DNA of 64,000 nucleotides from Lama glama (lineage: Eukaryota), in assembly GCA_028534125.1 (NCBI GenBank), contig CM052816.1, positions 74,216,001 through 74,280,000 on the forward strand, given 5' to 3'. Shown piece by piece: positions 1 to 14,620 of the stretch. A program made the position numbers and the translations under genes. How positions within the stretch are numbered: the stretch's first letter is position 1; each line of letters opens with the position of its first letter. The notes below the pieces were generated by a model. That model was not told where the DNA came from. It saw nothing but the letters and a program-made list of their open reading frames with translations, and did not search any database.

Positions 1-2180
1 TTTGGGGTCTTTTGTCAGTTATAGACAGTTAAGCTGATGCTTTGCAGGACTGCCTCATCTTCAAGAGGATTTGTAAAGGAGACCTTCTGACAGGTGCTGG
101 TTTCTTTTAGATCATACTGCTGAGCTGGGTAAGATATTTAAGAGGTCTAGTGGAGACTGATTTCACGGAACTGTTCACAAGGGGGATTGGCTGCATAGGG
201 TTGGGTGAACTAATGAATGTGGTTGTAGTTTTTTGGTTTTGTCTGAGATATTGCTGGCTTTTGATCTACATTTTTTAATTAAACTGGTTACCAAATGCTT
301 GTCTCCCTATCAATATTGCCCTTACGTTTAGAATAGAAAGAGAATTCTCTAACAGAGTTGATAGAATCTAACTACTTACAATGTATAACAATGCTTGCCT
401 TAAGAATATTGCTAAAAGCACATATACAATGCTTGTGTAACAACTGGGTATAAGCGATAAAATGTATGGTCTATAAAGTGTTTCTCCATTAACATACCTC
501 TGAGCCTGTTCACAGTATCTGATTAGTTCTCTCCCAGTGTGGGTAACTAGGCAAATAAAATGGGGCCTAGCAGCAAGGCACATGGTCTAAACCTGGGGCA
601 GGAGCTACCACTCTAGCATTGAGGGACAGATATTTTGCTCATTAATGTTTCTATTGAAAGATTTGTAATCAAAAAGGGAAATGATGGAAACATCTACACG
701 TACTGAGGTATGCAGAAGTCATTCTGGCCTACGCGTGGTTTGACTTGAACTTTACTGACCAAGTGGCCTGTTTTATGGCCTTTTGGACATGCACTGTACA
801 TCTGCTTTGGCCTGGAGGAGAGGAATGCATTTGAAAGTCAAAATGGAGTAGCTGTGATTCAGAAATCCAAGGTAAAACTAGGTAGCCATTGTGGACATGA
901 TTTCAGACATGTTCCTGTATTGTCAAACGTGAATTTTCTGAGCTGTGTCACACTCAGGATGCCATCAGCCATTCTCAGAGCAGTGTCTGCTGGCAGATGG
1001 CAGCTGCAATCTTATGACCTCAGGGCCTCCTCTTGTAACTTAAATTTCTAGACACTAAAATTGCTTTAAATCAGATGTTAGCAGAAAAAAGGAGATGCCT
1101 AGTGGCCAATAGCTCTTACCATATATATGTTAATACCACATCAAAAGTTAAAACCGAGGGAGGGTATAGCTCAAGTGGTAGAGTGCATGCCTGGCATGCA
1201 CAAGGTCCTGGGTTCAATTCCCAGTATCTCCTCCAAAAATAAATAAGTAAACCTAATTACCTCCCTCCCCCCGCCAAAGACAAAAAAAAAAACAACTAAA
1301 AAAAAAAAGTTAAAACCTACTCAGATCAAAGGAGACAACTGGCTACGTGTCTACAAGTTCCCCCCAAAGTACCAACTCCAGATTGGTTTTCAGGCTTAGT
1401 CTCTTGAATTCCTCAGAGAATGAACTCTTAATCATACAAGACTCAGGTTCAGAACTTGGAACTTGGGAATATTTCCAACTTGGTGTCCATTCCCCAAATT
1501 GAGGTAGGACTATACCCCGTTTCATCAGGAAGTAGCCAGAGCAGTTGTCACCCCATTGCCTGAAAGATTGGAGAAGGATGAAAGAGGATTGGAGATTGAA
1601 ACCGAGTTCCTCTGCTGAGTTTATGGGTAACCTCTCTATGCAAACATCATTCCCCTTCTTATCCAACACCTGCTCTCCTCAACGACTGAGAAGTGTCAAA
1701 GAAAAGGGGGGAACTGTAACTGAGCAGGACCCTATGGGCAGCTTCTCTAGACAGACCTCCCCCGCCCCCATATCCTCTGCTATAGCTCCTCTCTAAAGTA
1801 CCCAGATTATAGTATCTCATGATATTTCCTGAGTGTTTCAGATGCTAAAAACCACCACCAAATGGAAGAAATTAACTACTTGATGGGCTCATAGCCCCCA
1901 GACCTTCTGGCACCTAAGGATTGATCACCATCAACCAAAGAATTGTGCACAGCTGATCACATACCCTTGGCTGCTCCTCCTTCAGCTGGCCTTTCGAAAT
2001 GCTTAGCTGAAACCCCTCAGGGAGTTGGGGATCAGGGGTGGGATGGGGGTGGGGGCTCAGCATGAGCCGCTTGTTCTCCTTGCTTAGGCAGCAACAAACC
2101 CTTCTCTGCACCCAACTCCAGTATTTGGGTATTGTTTGGCCTCACGGTGCATCATGCATACAAACTTGAGTTCAGTAAAG
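1..2180 (+). mobile_element. Decayed ERV1-like internal fragments and LTR sequence
   Basis: Polypurine tract AAAAGGGGGGAA (~1702-1713) directly before TGTAACTGAGC, an LTR at ~1715-2180; a similar purine tract followed by TG at ~671-682; no intact ORF. Confidence 0.55.
1156..1304 (+). mobile_element. tRNA-derived SINE (Vic-1-like, camelid type)
   Basis: A-box TAGCTCAAGTGG, B-box GGTTCAATTCC, A-rich tail; 13-bp TSD AAAAGTTAAAACC at 1143-1155 and 1305-1317. Confidence 0.9.
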
Positions 2181-4047
2181 TCAGGAGAATGTGTACAGGT
2201 CACCAGGACCGGTAGAAAATGAGATAAAATAAGGTGTGAGTAATGGTAGAACACTCACATAAGTAACTAAGAAACACACAGGTGGAATCTCACCAAATGG
2301 TGCTGGAAGGCGTGTGCCTCATCCTGAGTTGCCTTAGTGATGCTAATGACTTTCCAGTGAGAAATGAAGGTGCGGCAAGGAGCATTGACAGTGAAGCTGC
2401 AAGTGGTTTGCCTAGATATTAGGAGGAGTTGGGAGGAGCTTTATCACAAAGGATGGGTTCAGGAAGGGAACATTTTTAGTTAGGTTAAAAAAGGGTAAAA
2501 TTGACCCTGCACATTTGAGGCTGCTTCTGGGCATGCCATAGACCCAAGCTGACTGTACATTCTGGTTTGCCTAAGACAGTCCAAGTACTTCCCAATGTGA
2601 CTAATATTAGCTACTGTTTTATTCTCAAAAGTGTCATTGTTTGAATAATATATAATGTGATCATTTTACTTAAATGTGTTGTTTCTTCCTCTTCGGATAG
2701 TGAGAGTAAGTAATGGTGTAGCTGCATATCCATCGGGTTATTTGTTTTACCTGTTAGCATCACGCTCTGGAAGGCACCTCAGGCCAAGTAAGAGTGTGTA
2801 TTCACTTTCCTGATGACCAGTGTATGCCTGTGTTGAGCGGCTGTTTGTTTCCCTGCTCCTTGCTATAACCAGGTGACTTAAGCAGTAGGAGTCTTCAGTG
2901 TAATTCTTTTGAATTAACATAGTTCTATTTTATTCCTAAAACTACCAATTGTATTCTCATTAGCACTCTCTTTTAAAGAGAGGGAAACTGAGGCATGGAA
3001 TGATCTGGTTAAATGACTTGTCTGGGATCACTCAGGGTGAAAAATCTAGACACGACTCCTATGTATGATAAATTTTTATCTTCAGCTCACCATCACCACC
3101 ATCATTCATTTAACATTTATTAAACACTTACTATGTGCCATCAACTCCCTCTCCACATGATGAGTTTATTGAGGATTCAATGTCCTAGACACTCACTGTG
3201 CTTGACTTAAAATAGGTGATCTGCTGCTGAGGTAAGACCATCAGGTACCAATGTTCAATGTTCGAAGTACGTTCTATGTTCCAACTGAGAAAATTGACGG
3301 GAAGGGACCCTGCTGTTTTACAGTTAGACAAATCTTAATTGTACAAGTGATTGTACTTCAGAGGTCGAAGCAATGCAAGTGGGTTATGGAACACTCTGGT
3401 GGGGAGTAGGGAAGAGGGGGGCGGTGCTTAGCATTCAGCGGTGGAAATAAACATCCAACCTTTCTATTATATCTTTCTCATCTAAAGACTTTTTGTTTTT
3501 GAGCCTTAAAAAAAGAATCTTTCATGATGCTGCTCTTTTACATGATAAAACCAACTGGGAACAGTCATTAATTCGCGCTGGGAATGGCTCATCCATTGAC
3601 AGGAGAAACATCACCTTTGGTGCCTTTGATCCCTGAGCCCATTGATCTGCCACAGCTTTGAAAGCTCAGGCTGGAATTCATTCCTATCAACCTAATTTGA
3701 AAGAAAAGCATCTGCTTCCCTGCGTTCTGAATTATCCAGCCAGGGGGCTCTTCTCTGTTCTGGTAACCTCTAGAGCAGAGCTGGTTTTTCGAAAGTGAAA
3801 AACAGCTTTTGGCCACCGTAATTGTGTAACAAAATGAAACATACTTAAGAAGAGAGTTGTTGCTTCTTAACAACTCAATCTATACAATAAAAATATATAT
3901 ATACATAGATGGCTCCTGAATTCTGGGAGTTAGGTACAGAAAAGGAAGCTTTAGTCAGCACAGGGAGGTCAGACAACTCCGCCCAGCTGGGATTCAAGCC
4001 CAGGCAGGGAGGCTTCCGTCTCAGGCATCTTAGCCACTACAGTGGGC

Positions 4048-4518
4048 TGTGGACCGAAAATAAAATGCACAACATGACAGTTGTGAGTTAAGTTTTATTT
4101 GAGTCAAAATGAGGACTACGGCCCAGGAAACAGCCTCTCAGCTAGCTCTGAGGAACTGCTCTGAAGAGGTAAGGAGGGGAGGTCAGTACATACGTGATTT
4201 TAGCAAAGGGGGTACGTGCAGTCTAGCACGCATTTTGGCAGAGGGTTGCTGCTAGTCATAAGGAGCAGATGTCTCTGTTAATGATTTTAGATGCTTTTCT
4301 AGATATGATGAGAAGCAAGAAATCATAAAATTTTCTCCTGAAAATATCTAACTATCCGAAGGCCTGTTCTGCTGGTTTTTCCCAGAACACTGAGTGCCTC
4401 ACTCCTAATCTCTGCCCTGAACTCCTTTCAGGGTGTGTTGAAGTTGGTGACTACGGAGGTTAGTGAAGTGACTTCATTCTTATAGAGGCAGATGGTGAGC
4501 AATAGTTTATAGTTGGGA
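4048..4518 (-). mobile_element. Solo ERV1-type LTR inserted at the end of a MIR fragment
   Basis: Begins TGTGGAC on plus; minus-strand AATAAA near 4095; 4-bp TSD GGGC at 4044-4047 and 4519-4522. Confidence 0.7.
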
Positions 4519-5401
4519 GGGCTATATAGTTATTTCCAGAATGTTTTTATAACAATAAAGTAATTTTTTATGTCTAGGATTTACTATTTGGCACAAGGAA
4601 AGCTGAACACTTTGTGCTGTGCATCTCTAGCCTAGTACAAAGCAAGCCTTCAACAAATGTTGGGGGTGAATGAATGAGTAAGTAAATGTAGAAGATCACA
4701 GGTTTTGTATCAGTTGCCTCTGTCTATCATCAATGGTTTTCTTCTTCCTCTTCTCACTGCACACCCTCCACCCTACCAGCTTGGTTAATGATCAATTTAT
4801 CTTGTCTTTCCTCTACGTAGTCCTAATTAACAGGCTTGTACTTCTCATCCTGGAGAAGTTGGACAATCCTGCTTAGGTCACACAAAGGGAGCAGACAGTC
4901 CAGTAGGGATGGGGGACATAAGGTGAGAACCCCAGAAGAAGCACCAGTTTAGAGCCACAGGCACTGAGGAAAGGCAGAGACTATATCCATTTGGGGAACA
5001 CAGGGACTTCTAAGACTAAAACATCATCCTCCAAGATCTGCACCAGCCGTAGGACTCATTCAACATTTATTGAGCATCTGCTGTACGCCAGCTCCATGCT
5101 AGGCCTGAAGATACATATGACACCAAATGAGAAAGACAATCTCTTCTTACTTTTCACCATGATTATTACCTCTCCCCGAATATCACCACAACTCACGTAA
5201 CCTTATTCTCTTAGTATCTTCATTATCCATCTCTACATCTTATTGAGAATCTCTCCTTCTGGGAGTTCATTTATTATCTGTATGGGGATTATTGCTCATT
5301 CATTTATATGTTAAGTGAGCATCTGCTATGTGACAAACACCATTCTAGATGCAGAGGGTATGATGAACAAAGAGAGCATTTCTGCACTTAAGGGGCTTAT
5401 T

Positions 5402-5523
5402 TCATTTTATTTTTTAGGAGGGAGTTAATTAGGTTTATTTGTTTACTTTTTAATGGAGGGACTGAGGATTGAATTGTGCATGCTAAACATGCACTCTGCC
5501 ACTGAGCTATACCCCTCCCCTTC
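5402..5523 (-). mobile_element. tRNA-derived SINE with internal deletion near the B-box
   Basis: Reverse complement of the SINE at 1156; 12-bp TSD AAGGGGCTTATT at 5390-5401 and 5524-5535. Confidence 0.88.
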
Positions 5524-5849
5524 AAGGGGCTTATTATAACCCCCAAGTCTATCTACACTTGCCATCCTTTCTTCTCTAGGCTCCTTTAAAAGACATTAAA
5601 CTATATAAATTAATAATTAGATCAGTATGGTGTTTTATTTTTAACATATATAGATATAATACTTATAACAATAATAGAACAACAAAGGGGAGGAGGGAGA
5701 TTGCTAAAGGAGAAAAGTTTCTCAATCTCACTGGAATTAAGTTAGTATAAATTTAAACTACGTTCTTATAAATTAAAATGTGTATTCAAAGCCGTAGAGC
5801 AACCACTCAGAAAATAAGTAGAAGTGTATAGTTAAAAAAATAATTAAAA

Positions 5850-7025
5850 GGCTATTTACATGCAGAAGAATGAAGTTAGACCCCTACCTCACAAAACAAA
5901 AGTTAACTCAAAATGCATCAAAGATCCAAATACAAGAGCTAAAACTATAAAGCTCTTAGAAGAAAACATAGGCATGAATCTTTACAACAGTGGGTTAGGC
6001 AATGATTTCTTAGATGTAACACCAAAAGTACACATAAAGGGAAAAAGAGATAGACTGGATATCACCGGTTAGAAACTTTTTATGATTCAAAGAACACCAT
6101 CAAGAGAGTGAAAAGACAATCTACCGAATAGGAAAAAACTTTTTGTAATCATGTGTCTGATAAGGGATTTGTAGCTAGAATCTATAAAAAAAAACTCCAT
6201 AATAAAAAGATAACTATCCCAATTAAAAGTGGGCAAAGGATCTAAATAGACATTTCTTCAAAGAAGGTATACAGATGGTCAGAAAGCACATAAAAAAAGA
6301 TGCTCAACATCATGAGCCATCAGGAAACGCAAAACCACAGTGAGATACCACTTCAATAATCAGTGTTAGAGAGGATGTGGAAGAAATGGAAACTTCATAC
6401 ACTGCTGGTGGGAATGTGAAATGGCGCAGCACCTTGAAAAACAATCTCTTAGTTTTAAAAACCATTGAATATAGTTATCACATAACCTGGCAATTCCACT
6501 CCTAGGTATAAACCTTAGAGAAATGAAAATGTCCACAAAAAAAACCTATATATGAATGTTCATAACAGCACTATTCGTAACAGCTAAAAAGTAGAAACCT
6601 AAATAGTCATCAGCTGATGAATGGATAAATAAAATGTGGGATATATATAAAATGAAATATCACTCATCAATAAAAAGAAATGAAGTACTGATGTATGCTA
6701 CAACATGGGCAAACCTTGAAAACATTTTGCTAGGTGAAAGGCAGTCACAAAGGACCAGATAGCGTATGATTCCATTTACATGAAGTAGGCAAATCTGTAG
6801 ATGCAGAAAGTAGATCAGTGATTGGCTAGGGCTTGTGGAGAGCAGTTGGGAATGTTGGCTAAGCAGAGCAACGTTTCTTTTTAGGGTAATGAAAGTATTC
6901 TAAAGTTGATTGTGGTGATGTAAACGCGTACAGCTCTGAATATACTAAAAGCCATTGAACTGTATACTTTAAATGCGTGAATTGTATGGTATTTGAATTA
7001 CAGCTCAATAAAGCTGTTGGAATAC
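5850..7025 (+). mobile_element. 5'-truncated L1 (ORF2 end plus 3' UTR) inserted into an older L1 fragment (~5600-7080)
   Basis: ORF2 C-terminal remnant (KVNSKCIKDPNTRAKTIKLLEENIG); 3' end AATAAAGCTGTT; flanking duplication AAAATAATTAAA at ~5837 and ~7030. Confidence 0.85.
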
Positions 7026-10000
7026 ATTTAAAATAATTAAAGGAAATTAAATGTTACACTAGAAGATATTCACTTAATGCAAACTACCCAGCCAGCTGCT
7101 TTCAAATCTTTCCCCTACTACCTTGACTGTATTTGGGGATTAAATATAACCTTCTGATTCCAGATCATTCATGTTCCCATTCTGCCACTCACATCCCTGC
7201 CCACATCTTCCATTCCAGCTCACATTCTTAACAGCTATCTCTCCTTTCAGGCTTTTATTTAGATCTTGCCTGCTGTTCTTTGCCCAAACTGTCCAAAATG
7301 GCCAGAACAAAGAATTATGGGGCTGTGGAATGTTAGAAATGTTAGCCGCCTCAGTGCTCCCCCCTCCCACCTCTTCACTTTAGGGCTTAGGAGACAAGGG
7401 CTCAGAGAAGTTATGTGACTTGTCCACAGGTCCCAAAACACTTGTCGTCTTCAACTCATCTCCTCCAAAAAGCCTTCATTCATTAAGTGAACATTTCCTT
7501 ATCTTTCCATTCAATCTCTGACACCTTTCCTTATTGCACTACTGAATGGTATCAAATGCACTGATCTCAGGACGTCATTCACATTTAGCCCTTTCACCTC
7601 TGTGGCCGCAACATCTGACTCTCGGCTGCTGCTGCTTTTCCTTCTTCTGTTGTCATGAACAGCAATTCGCAGTACACAGGAGGCTGGCCTCAGACCAGCT
7701 GGGAGCAAACGCAGGGACAGACTGTGCCCAGTTTCTGGAAAGGCCATTCCCTCACCTCACCTCACAGAAAATCATGTCTAAAGTCTTCAGTAAAGAGCAG
7801 TTTAGTCCATATAAAATACAGCATCCCCACATTGTTTAATGCTCCCAGAAAATAAAATGGTGACCAAGGGTATTTACGTTTCTCTGTAGGTTTATACCTA
7901 CAGGTGTAGCAGGATCAAAGATTAAGTTGCTCTTTCGAGTCAAATAAATATTCGTCCTGATGAGAGACAGAAAGTCGTCTAGGGAGGCAGAAATTTCATA
8001 AATCACGTAAGTACAAGCAGTCATTCTGGATTTTACATGAAGAAAAAATACATTAAAACCAAACTGGCCTTCCGTGCGAAGGGAGTAACATAGTAAATGA
8101 TAGTACCAATCCAGTAAAGACAGTGAGTCACGAAGTCAAAGATCACGCAGGCCTACCTGGCTCGGAAAAGCAAAATTCACCACTCTCTTAAGAGGAGAGG
8201 AGGGGGAGGCCCTCCCGTGTGTCCAGATGTCTTTGCTGCTCCAAGAACTGCTGGGCACAGGCGTCTGCACAGAGGACCTTCGTGGCTGAGGAAGAGAAAG
8301 GCAAAATGTAATTAGAGACGTTTTCTTCCCTGGAGCGGAACCTATTTGGAGCTGATAGAAGAAGAAGTGATTACACAGTGTTGGTGAGGCAGTTTAAGTG
8401 GGGCCCACGAGGGAGCCGGGAGGCTTTCGGAGCCAGTTCTGAGAATTACACACTGTTCCGTGGTGCCTGCTAATTGACCCGGTATTTCTGGCTGAAAAAA
8501 TTTCCCCAAGGAGGCGAGTGAAAGTAGATAATGAGGCTCCCCCATCTCCCGGGGCAGCCCCTGAGCAGAGCGTGAGCTCTGGAGACCAGGTATTATTTAA
8601 ATGTATAACACAGCAAAGGGATCACAGACAGAACACGGAAAGATGCGGAACTGTGCATCAGGAAGCTTCCTGCTGCGATGCTCAGCCCACACTCCCCCTC
8701 CTCCCCGCCCTGTTCTACTTTAGTTTGAATTTTGTGAATTATTTATCACTGTAAAGCTAAGGGGTGGGTAGCGGAACAGCCATGGGGTCCATGAAATGGG
8801 CACATTTCTGAGAGCTTCATGATAATAGTCACTTTTCATTTAACTGGTGATCTATGCATATATAAGGAAAGACATCTGCAAAGTGCAGGAGAACTAGAGA
8901 CTCAGGAACCCAACTGTTGACAGGGAGGACGGAAATGAAATTGGGTGGATGTGGAGAATTCAAGGAGCTCCTTCACATTTTACCCTGTATACTTCTGTGT
9001 GTACTTTTGTTGTTGTTATGTTGACTCTTTATCATTACAACAGAGATTTTCTTCGCTTAAAAACCGAAAATATGCATTTATCTCCACCGATTTCGGGGGA
9101 CTGTGGCCTGTCTGTAATGACTGTGCATATAAAAGTGACTCATCCCTGGTACAATTAGTGGCCAGCCCACCTGGCACGGTCTAGTCCAGCACCCCGAGGC
9201 TGGGCTTTTCCAAGGTTTTGAGTTCAGAAGTAGGATGACTTAGAAAGAAATGAAAATCTAGCAAGTGACTGACATGGTGACACAGTTTCCAACTGACTAC
9301 AGGATAACCCCCAGGCAGAAGTGGATGCTCCAGGGTCGGTGATGAAAAGCAGAACATGACACCACGGCGCCTGGACCCGACACAGGCCTGGAGGAGCACG
9401 CAGAGGGCTCTAAAGCTCTAGTTGAGAATATTCTCTGGTGTGCACTCTAACTTCGTTTTTGTTTGCTCCTCTTGAAGTTAGGGCTTTGGGAATCCCAAGG
9501 AAAACAGTGTAATGAACACTAGGCCCAGGATCATGGGGGAAATTCTCTTCCCACCTGAGTTCTTGGTATTTCAGAATATTCAGGAACAATCACAGAGCTA
9601 TATTTAGCTGCTGCCTGGGGCCTTGCTCCCAGACAGATTTGGGGCTGTCAGTGGGTTAAGTCGTCGCATGACCTTGTGTGTCTCCCTCGAGCTGCATCTT
9701 CTCCGTTGGTCACTGAGCCACAGTCCCAGAAGGAGTAAGGGGACCAGGCTGCCTTTGCACGAAGGAGCCACTAACAAGGAGGGGGGGTGGGAAAGGAATG
9801 GGGGCCCCTGCTGAGCCCTCCTATCTGAGCCAAGGTGTGTCGGGAGCCTCATGACAGAGCGGTGCTGAAACGATGGTTATACCAGACGCTGAATCTGGTC
9901 CTGAGGAGTTTGAAGTCTGTGAGGGATTTCTTTGGGGCCCTCAGACAAGGACACTGTAAAGTACGTGTTGGAGCCTGGCCGAAGTGCCAACGATGGAGGG

Positions 10001-12887
10001 ACTGTGCAGGGGGAACAGAGGCTGGAGGTGTGCCTGCCTGGGAGGGGCCTCTACCAACAGTCAGGGATGAGGTGTGGGGGAAGCAGAGGCGGCGCACGAC
10101 CTCGCCCCTGCCAGCCAGCTCAGAAATCTCGGCACCGTTCCTGGTTCTCTCATCCCCTCACCCAGTCCTGTGGATCCTCCCACTTCCAACCACCCCAATC
10201 CTTTTACCCATCATCCTGCCCCCCGCCTCTGCTGGGCAGGGCTGGATCCCACAAAACGCAGAGATGCACGTGCTTTAGTGCACCAGCAGACCGGGGCACC
10301 AAAGAGAGGAGGCAATAAAACTCTTGAAATATTTTGATATTTGGTAGAATTTTTTCAGTACATTTAAACAATCATCATACGAAAAGTCACAATCTTGGGT
10401 TTTATTATACTTATTTTATGGCTGTCTTTGCTTACATTTCAAATTGCGTGTGGGAGACGATGAGGCAGGCGGATGGCCTTTGAAGGTCTTAACCCCACCC
10501 TGTACCTAGTTGGCTGAGACAGCTTTCTAACAGGCTTTCCTGCTTCCTGTCTTGCACACTTTAATTTTATTCTCCAGGAAAGCACCTGCAGGATCTTTCT
10601 AAAATGTACACATCACCTTCCCACTTAAAATCCTTCATTAAAATCCACCTGTTTCCACAACGAGGGAACTATCGCTACATAGTGCCTGGCACATCATGGT
10701 ACTCAGTGCATGTTTATAGAGTAGACTAATGCATAACTGAATCGACAGATTTTGTTGGTAAGCACAACAGTTATTTTAAAGTCTTGTTTTACAAAAGATC
10801 AATTCCATTCCTTTTCTTATTTCAATCACCTAATGCTTGAAACTCTATGTATTCGAATTTAGAGTGTTTTCTTTCCTTCCCTTCTCTTCTTCTGATACTC
10901 CAAGCAGAATTTAGCTCCCCCTCTGGGGTTCCCCCATGAACTTTAATATTTCCCAACATCTCCATATCCTGTCTGGTGTTTGAGTTACTTGGGTACATAT
11001 TTGTCCTCCCTCCTGGAATGTGGGTTTCTATGGGGCAGGTCCTCAATCTTATTAATTTCAGGATTCAGGGCACCCAGTACCCAGGAGGAGTCCATAAATG
11101 CTGGCTGAATTGACCTGAATCATAGATATTTTAAAAGGTAGTGTGGATCCCAGAAGATACAGAAATAGATATTTCCCTCATAAACATCCTTCTATGGTTG
11201 AAAAAAAATCCATTATAAACAACTCTTCTATAAAGAAGAAGAAAAGACAGAAATCTAAAAAAACCCACAAAACAAAACCCCCAAACTCTTTCAAGTGCTC
11301 TCCCAAAACAAGGGCAGGTTTGTTACAAGTGCGCCCTAACCCGAGCACCTCTGGCTGGAAAATTTCTGAAAATTTGTGGGTTTGATGCAATGCCCCACTG
11401 CTTTTGTACAGCATTCCAAGGCTCTCAGTGAACACACCTCAGATGTGGGAAGATATTCCTAAGAAGGCTATTTGAGTTGGAAGCACCAAATGTTTACAGA
11501 CCAGCATTTGCTCCAGCCCACAGACAATAAAAACAGCCCGATTATGGCTTCCCTTTGGAAAGCGACCAAGGTTAAGATGATCACAGTAAAAGTAAAGAAG
11601 GCTCCTTTTCCCTCTGTTTTTATTTTAAGGGTTTGACATGTTGGTAGCCTCCAGCAGACTTTGCTATATTTTAAAGCATGAGAAATAATCCCTGCTCTCT
11701 TTTCAAGACCTTCTCTGCACTCCTCAGTTCCCCCAGAACAGTTCTGCAAATATCCACACCCATGCACTTGCCTCTGCCCTTCTCCCTACTCCTTGCCTTC
11801 TTTGTGTTTACACTTCCCCAGGGGAGCCAAAACCAACACTAATTAGCAGTGAATCAAATCCCAACACCAGGACACTAGAGGGTCAGTGTTTGCCGAGGAT
11901 TCCAAGGCATCCCTAGTCCCTTCCCCCAAGCTCAAAGACTCACAGCAAAATATCCAGCCCCGAAGGAAATTCTGAGATCTGAATAAATTATGCAATTTAC
12001 TCCTCAAGTTTTACCTTCCCTGGCATAAACTATCCTTTCGTGCCCCGGTGGCTGGACATACCCATCTTGCCCTGATGGAACACGCTTGCTCCTTGTCTTC
12101 AAGATTCTACTGAACCCTCACCTTCTCAGTGTTAGACCAGAAAGAGTTTGTTCTCTACCCTCATTGCTCCCACTAAACTCACTTCTTGATATTCATATCT
12201 TGTCTTGATATCTCATATCTGATATCCTGTCAGCTCATAGTCTACTTATGTTTGGCCTTTCTGGACTGACTTCTGCTGCTTAATTATCTCATATTCTCAA
12301 TATTCTCCAGCATCTAGTCCTAGGATAGGGTAGATGCCAAATAAATATTTGTTAAAAAAAAAGAATTAAGACAAAACATATGGAAGGTGATGTAATATAA
12401 ACCTATAAACCACAAACTAATTGCACCTTTTGAAGGACATTTGGAAGTGGCCATACTTTTAGTTGGTGTGAGCATAGTCTTACTAGCCTTTTACTCAGGA
12501 TGGCAGGGAAGGTATACTAAAAGCTACTTTTATTGAGTATTTACTATACACTGCTTCCTATATTATTGATCAATCATTGTGACAAACCCTGTAAGACAGA
12601 TATTTAAAATTCCCATTGCACTGATGAAATAACTAGAGTTTAGAGAGGTTGAGGAATTTGTTCAGATTCAAACAGCAGGTGAGTGGCAGGGCCAGCATGT
12701 GATCCAGGTCCTCCTGATTCCACTGGCTGCCCCCATTTGGGGTACACTACAGTGGGACACAGTGCTCAAAGGAAAGGCCCCACCACGAAGCCCAAGCTTG
12801 GGCATGGCATGAGTCAGTGACAGCTGCAGGGGCAGGCAGGAGGGTCAGAAAGGAAGATTCTTTCAAGTGCTTTGTTGTGTTTCCATT

Positions 12888-13325
12888 CTTTTTTTTTTTT
12901 TAATTGAAGTATAGTTTCTGGTGCACAGCGTAGTGATTCAGCCTTACATAGATATGTTCTTTTTCAGGTTCTTTTCCATTATAGGTTATTACAAACTATT
13001 AAATGTAGTTCTGTGTGCTATACAGTAGGACCTTGTTGTTTCTCTATTTGATATGTAGTAGTTGGTATCTGCTAATCCCAAACTCCGTATTTATCCCCTC
13101 CTCCTTTCCCCATTGGTAACCATAGTTTGTTTTCTATGTCTGTGAGGCTATTTCTGTTTTGTAGATAAGTTCATTTCTTTCATTTTTTTAAGAATCTACA
13201 TTTAAGTGATATATGATATTTGTCTTTCTCTGTTTGGCTTACTTCACTTAGTAAGATAATCTCTAGGTCCATCCATGTTGCTGCAAATGGCATTATTTCA
13301 TCCCTTTTTATAGCCGAGTAGTATA
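12888..13325 (-). mobile_element. Younger L1 3' end
   Basis: Poly-T then TAATTGAAGTATAG...TCCATCCATGTTGCTGCAAATGGC, a typical antisense L1 3' UTR. Confidence 0.85.
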
Positions 13326-13699
13326 AAATGCTTTGCTTTTGAATAAACCATTAGGCCTGATGAATATCAGTGGTAGTAAATACACAGACTACCCGTTATT
13401 GCCAGCTATGTAATGGACTTGTCTTCCGCATTGCAAGGATCAGAACTGACTTGATGGAACTCTGGACAACCCTATGCTATAGGATGATAACCTATATAGA
13501 GAAAGTCCAAAACAGTTCATGATGATGATTATTGCTAAATGAGTCCAGATGCCTCAATAGAAGTTATAGATAAATAAGAATACATAGCAATACTTGCTGT
13601 ATATGTACACCCCAGAGAAGAAACAAGCTATACTGTGAGCTAGAATCACAACTCAAGCCATCATGGACTAGAACACCTGTCGAAAATTTAGCAGACTAT

Positions 13700-14620
13700 T
13701 CAGAAAGGTGAAATTATAAACCAATTTCACTCCCTAACACAGATACCAAAAATGTAAAATAAAATAAGACTAAATCAAATTTGGCAGTATATTTATAAAA
13801 GTATGACCAAGTAAAATTTTTCCCAAGCATGTAAGCCCAGATTAACAATAAAGGATGTGTAAATTTAACATATGAATCATTTAAAGGAGAAAATTAAAAG
13901 AACATCTCAGCAGGTGCAGAAAAAGCACCCAATAAAACTGTATACTCATTATTAACAAAAATATTAGCAAACTGAGTATCGAGGGGAACTTGCTCAACCA
14001 AGTTAAGGCTGTCAACCAAAATCCTATAGCAAACATCTTTTTAAATGATGAAATACTGGAAGCATTCTCCACAAAGTCAGGAAGAAGACAAGGCCACCTA
14101 CCACTGTTTCTGTTCAATATTTATTGGAGCCTCTAGTCAATGAAAGAAGACAAGAACTAAATACTGAAAAGAAACAAAACTGTTATTTGCAGACAAAGAG
14201 TTTAAACATGGAAAATCCTCAAGAGTCTATTCATAAACTATTAAAATTAATAAGTAGTTTAAACGGTGTTGCTGGAGAAAAGATCAGTGAAAAATCAGTA
14301 ATATGTGTATTCACCAATAATAATCTGGTAATAACAAGGAAATACTAGAATAATAAAATATATTCCATTCATATGAGTAGCAATAAAATTCATGAGATAC
14401 CTGAGAATAAATCTAACAAAGGAGTTGAGAGAGACATAAATTATGAAAATTATAAAAGCTTACCGGAGAAAATAAAAGAAAAGCGAATGAGTGGGAAAAA
14501 GCATTCCATGTTTAAAAAGGGAATACTCAATATTGTAAAGATGTAAACTCTCCCCCAAATGAATCTATAAACAGTGAATTTTAATCAAAATCTCAGTTAT
14601 TTTTTGTTTTTGTGTATGAA
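13700..14620 (+). mobile_element. Old L1 ORF2 (RT region) fragment
   Basis: Degenerate ORF2 remnants (gaagcattc...aaagtcaggaagaagacaagg; ttatttgcagac; ENPQESIHKLLKLISSLNGVAG). Confidence 0.8.

Noticed and set aside
1156..1235. tRNA-like sequence (also at ~5450, ~19010 and ~21160)
   Set aside because: Has SINE tails and TSDs and no intact cloverleaf; these are SINEs, not tRNA genes
9835..10337. Overlapping plus-strand ORFs of 147, 128 and 87 aa
   Set aside because: No domain similarity or splice support; GC-rich intronic sequence
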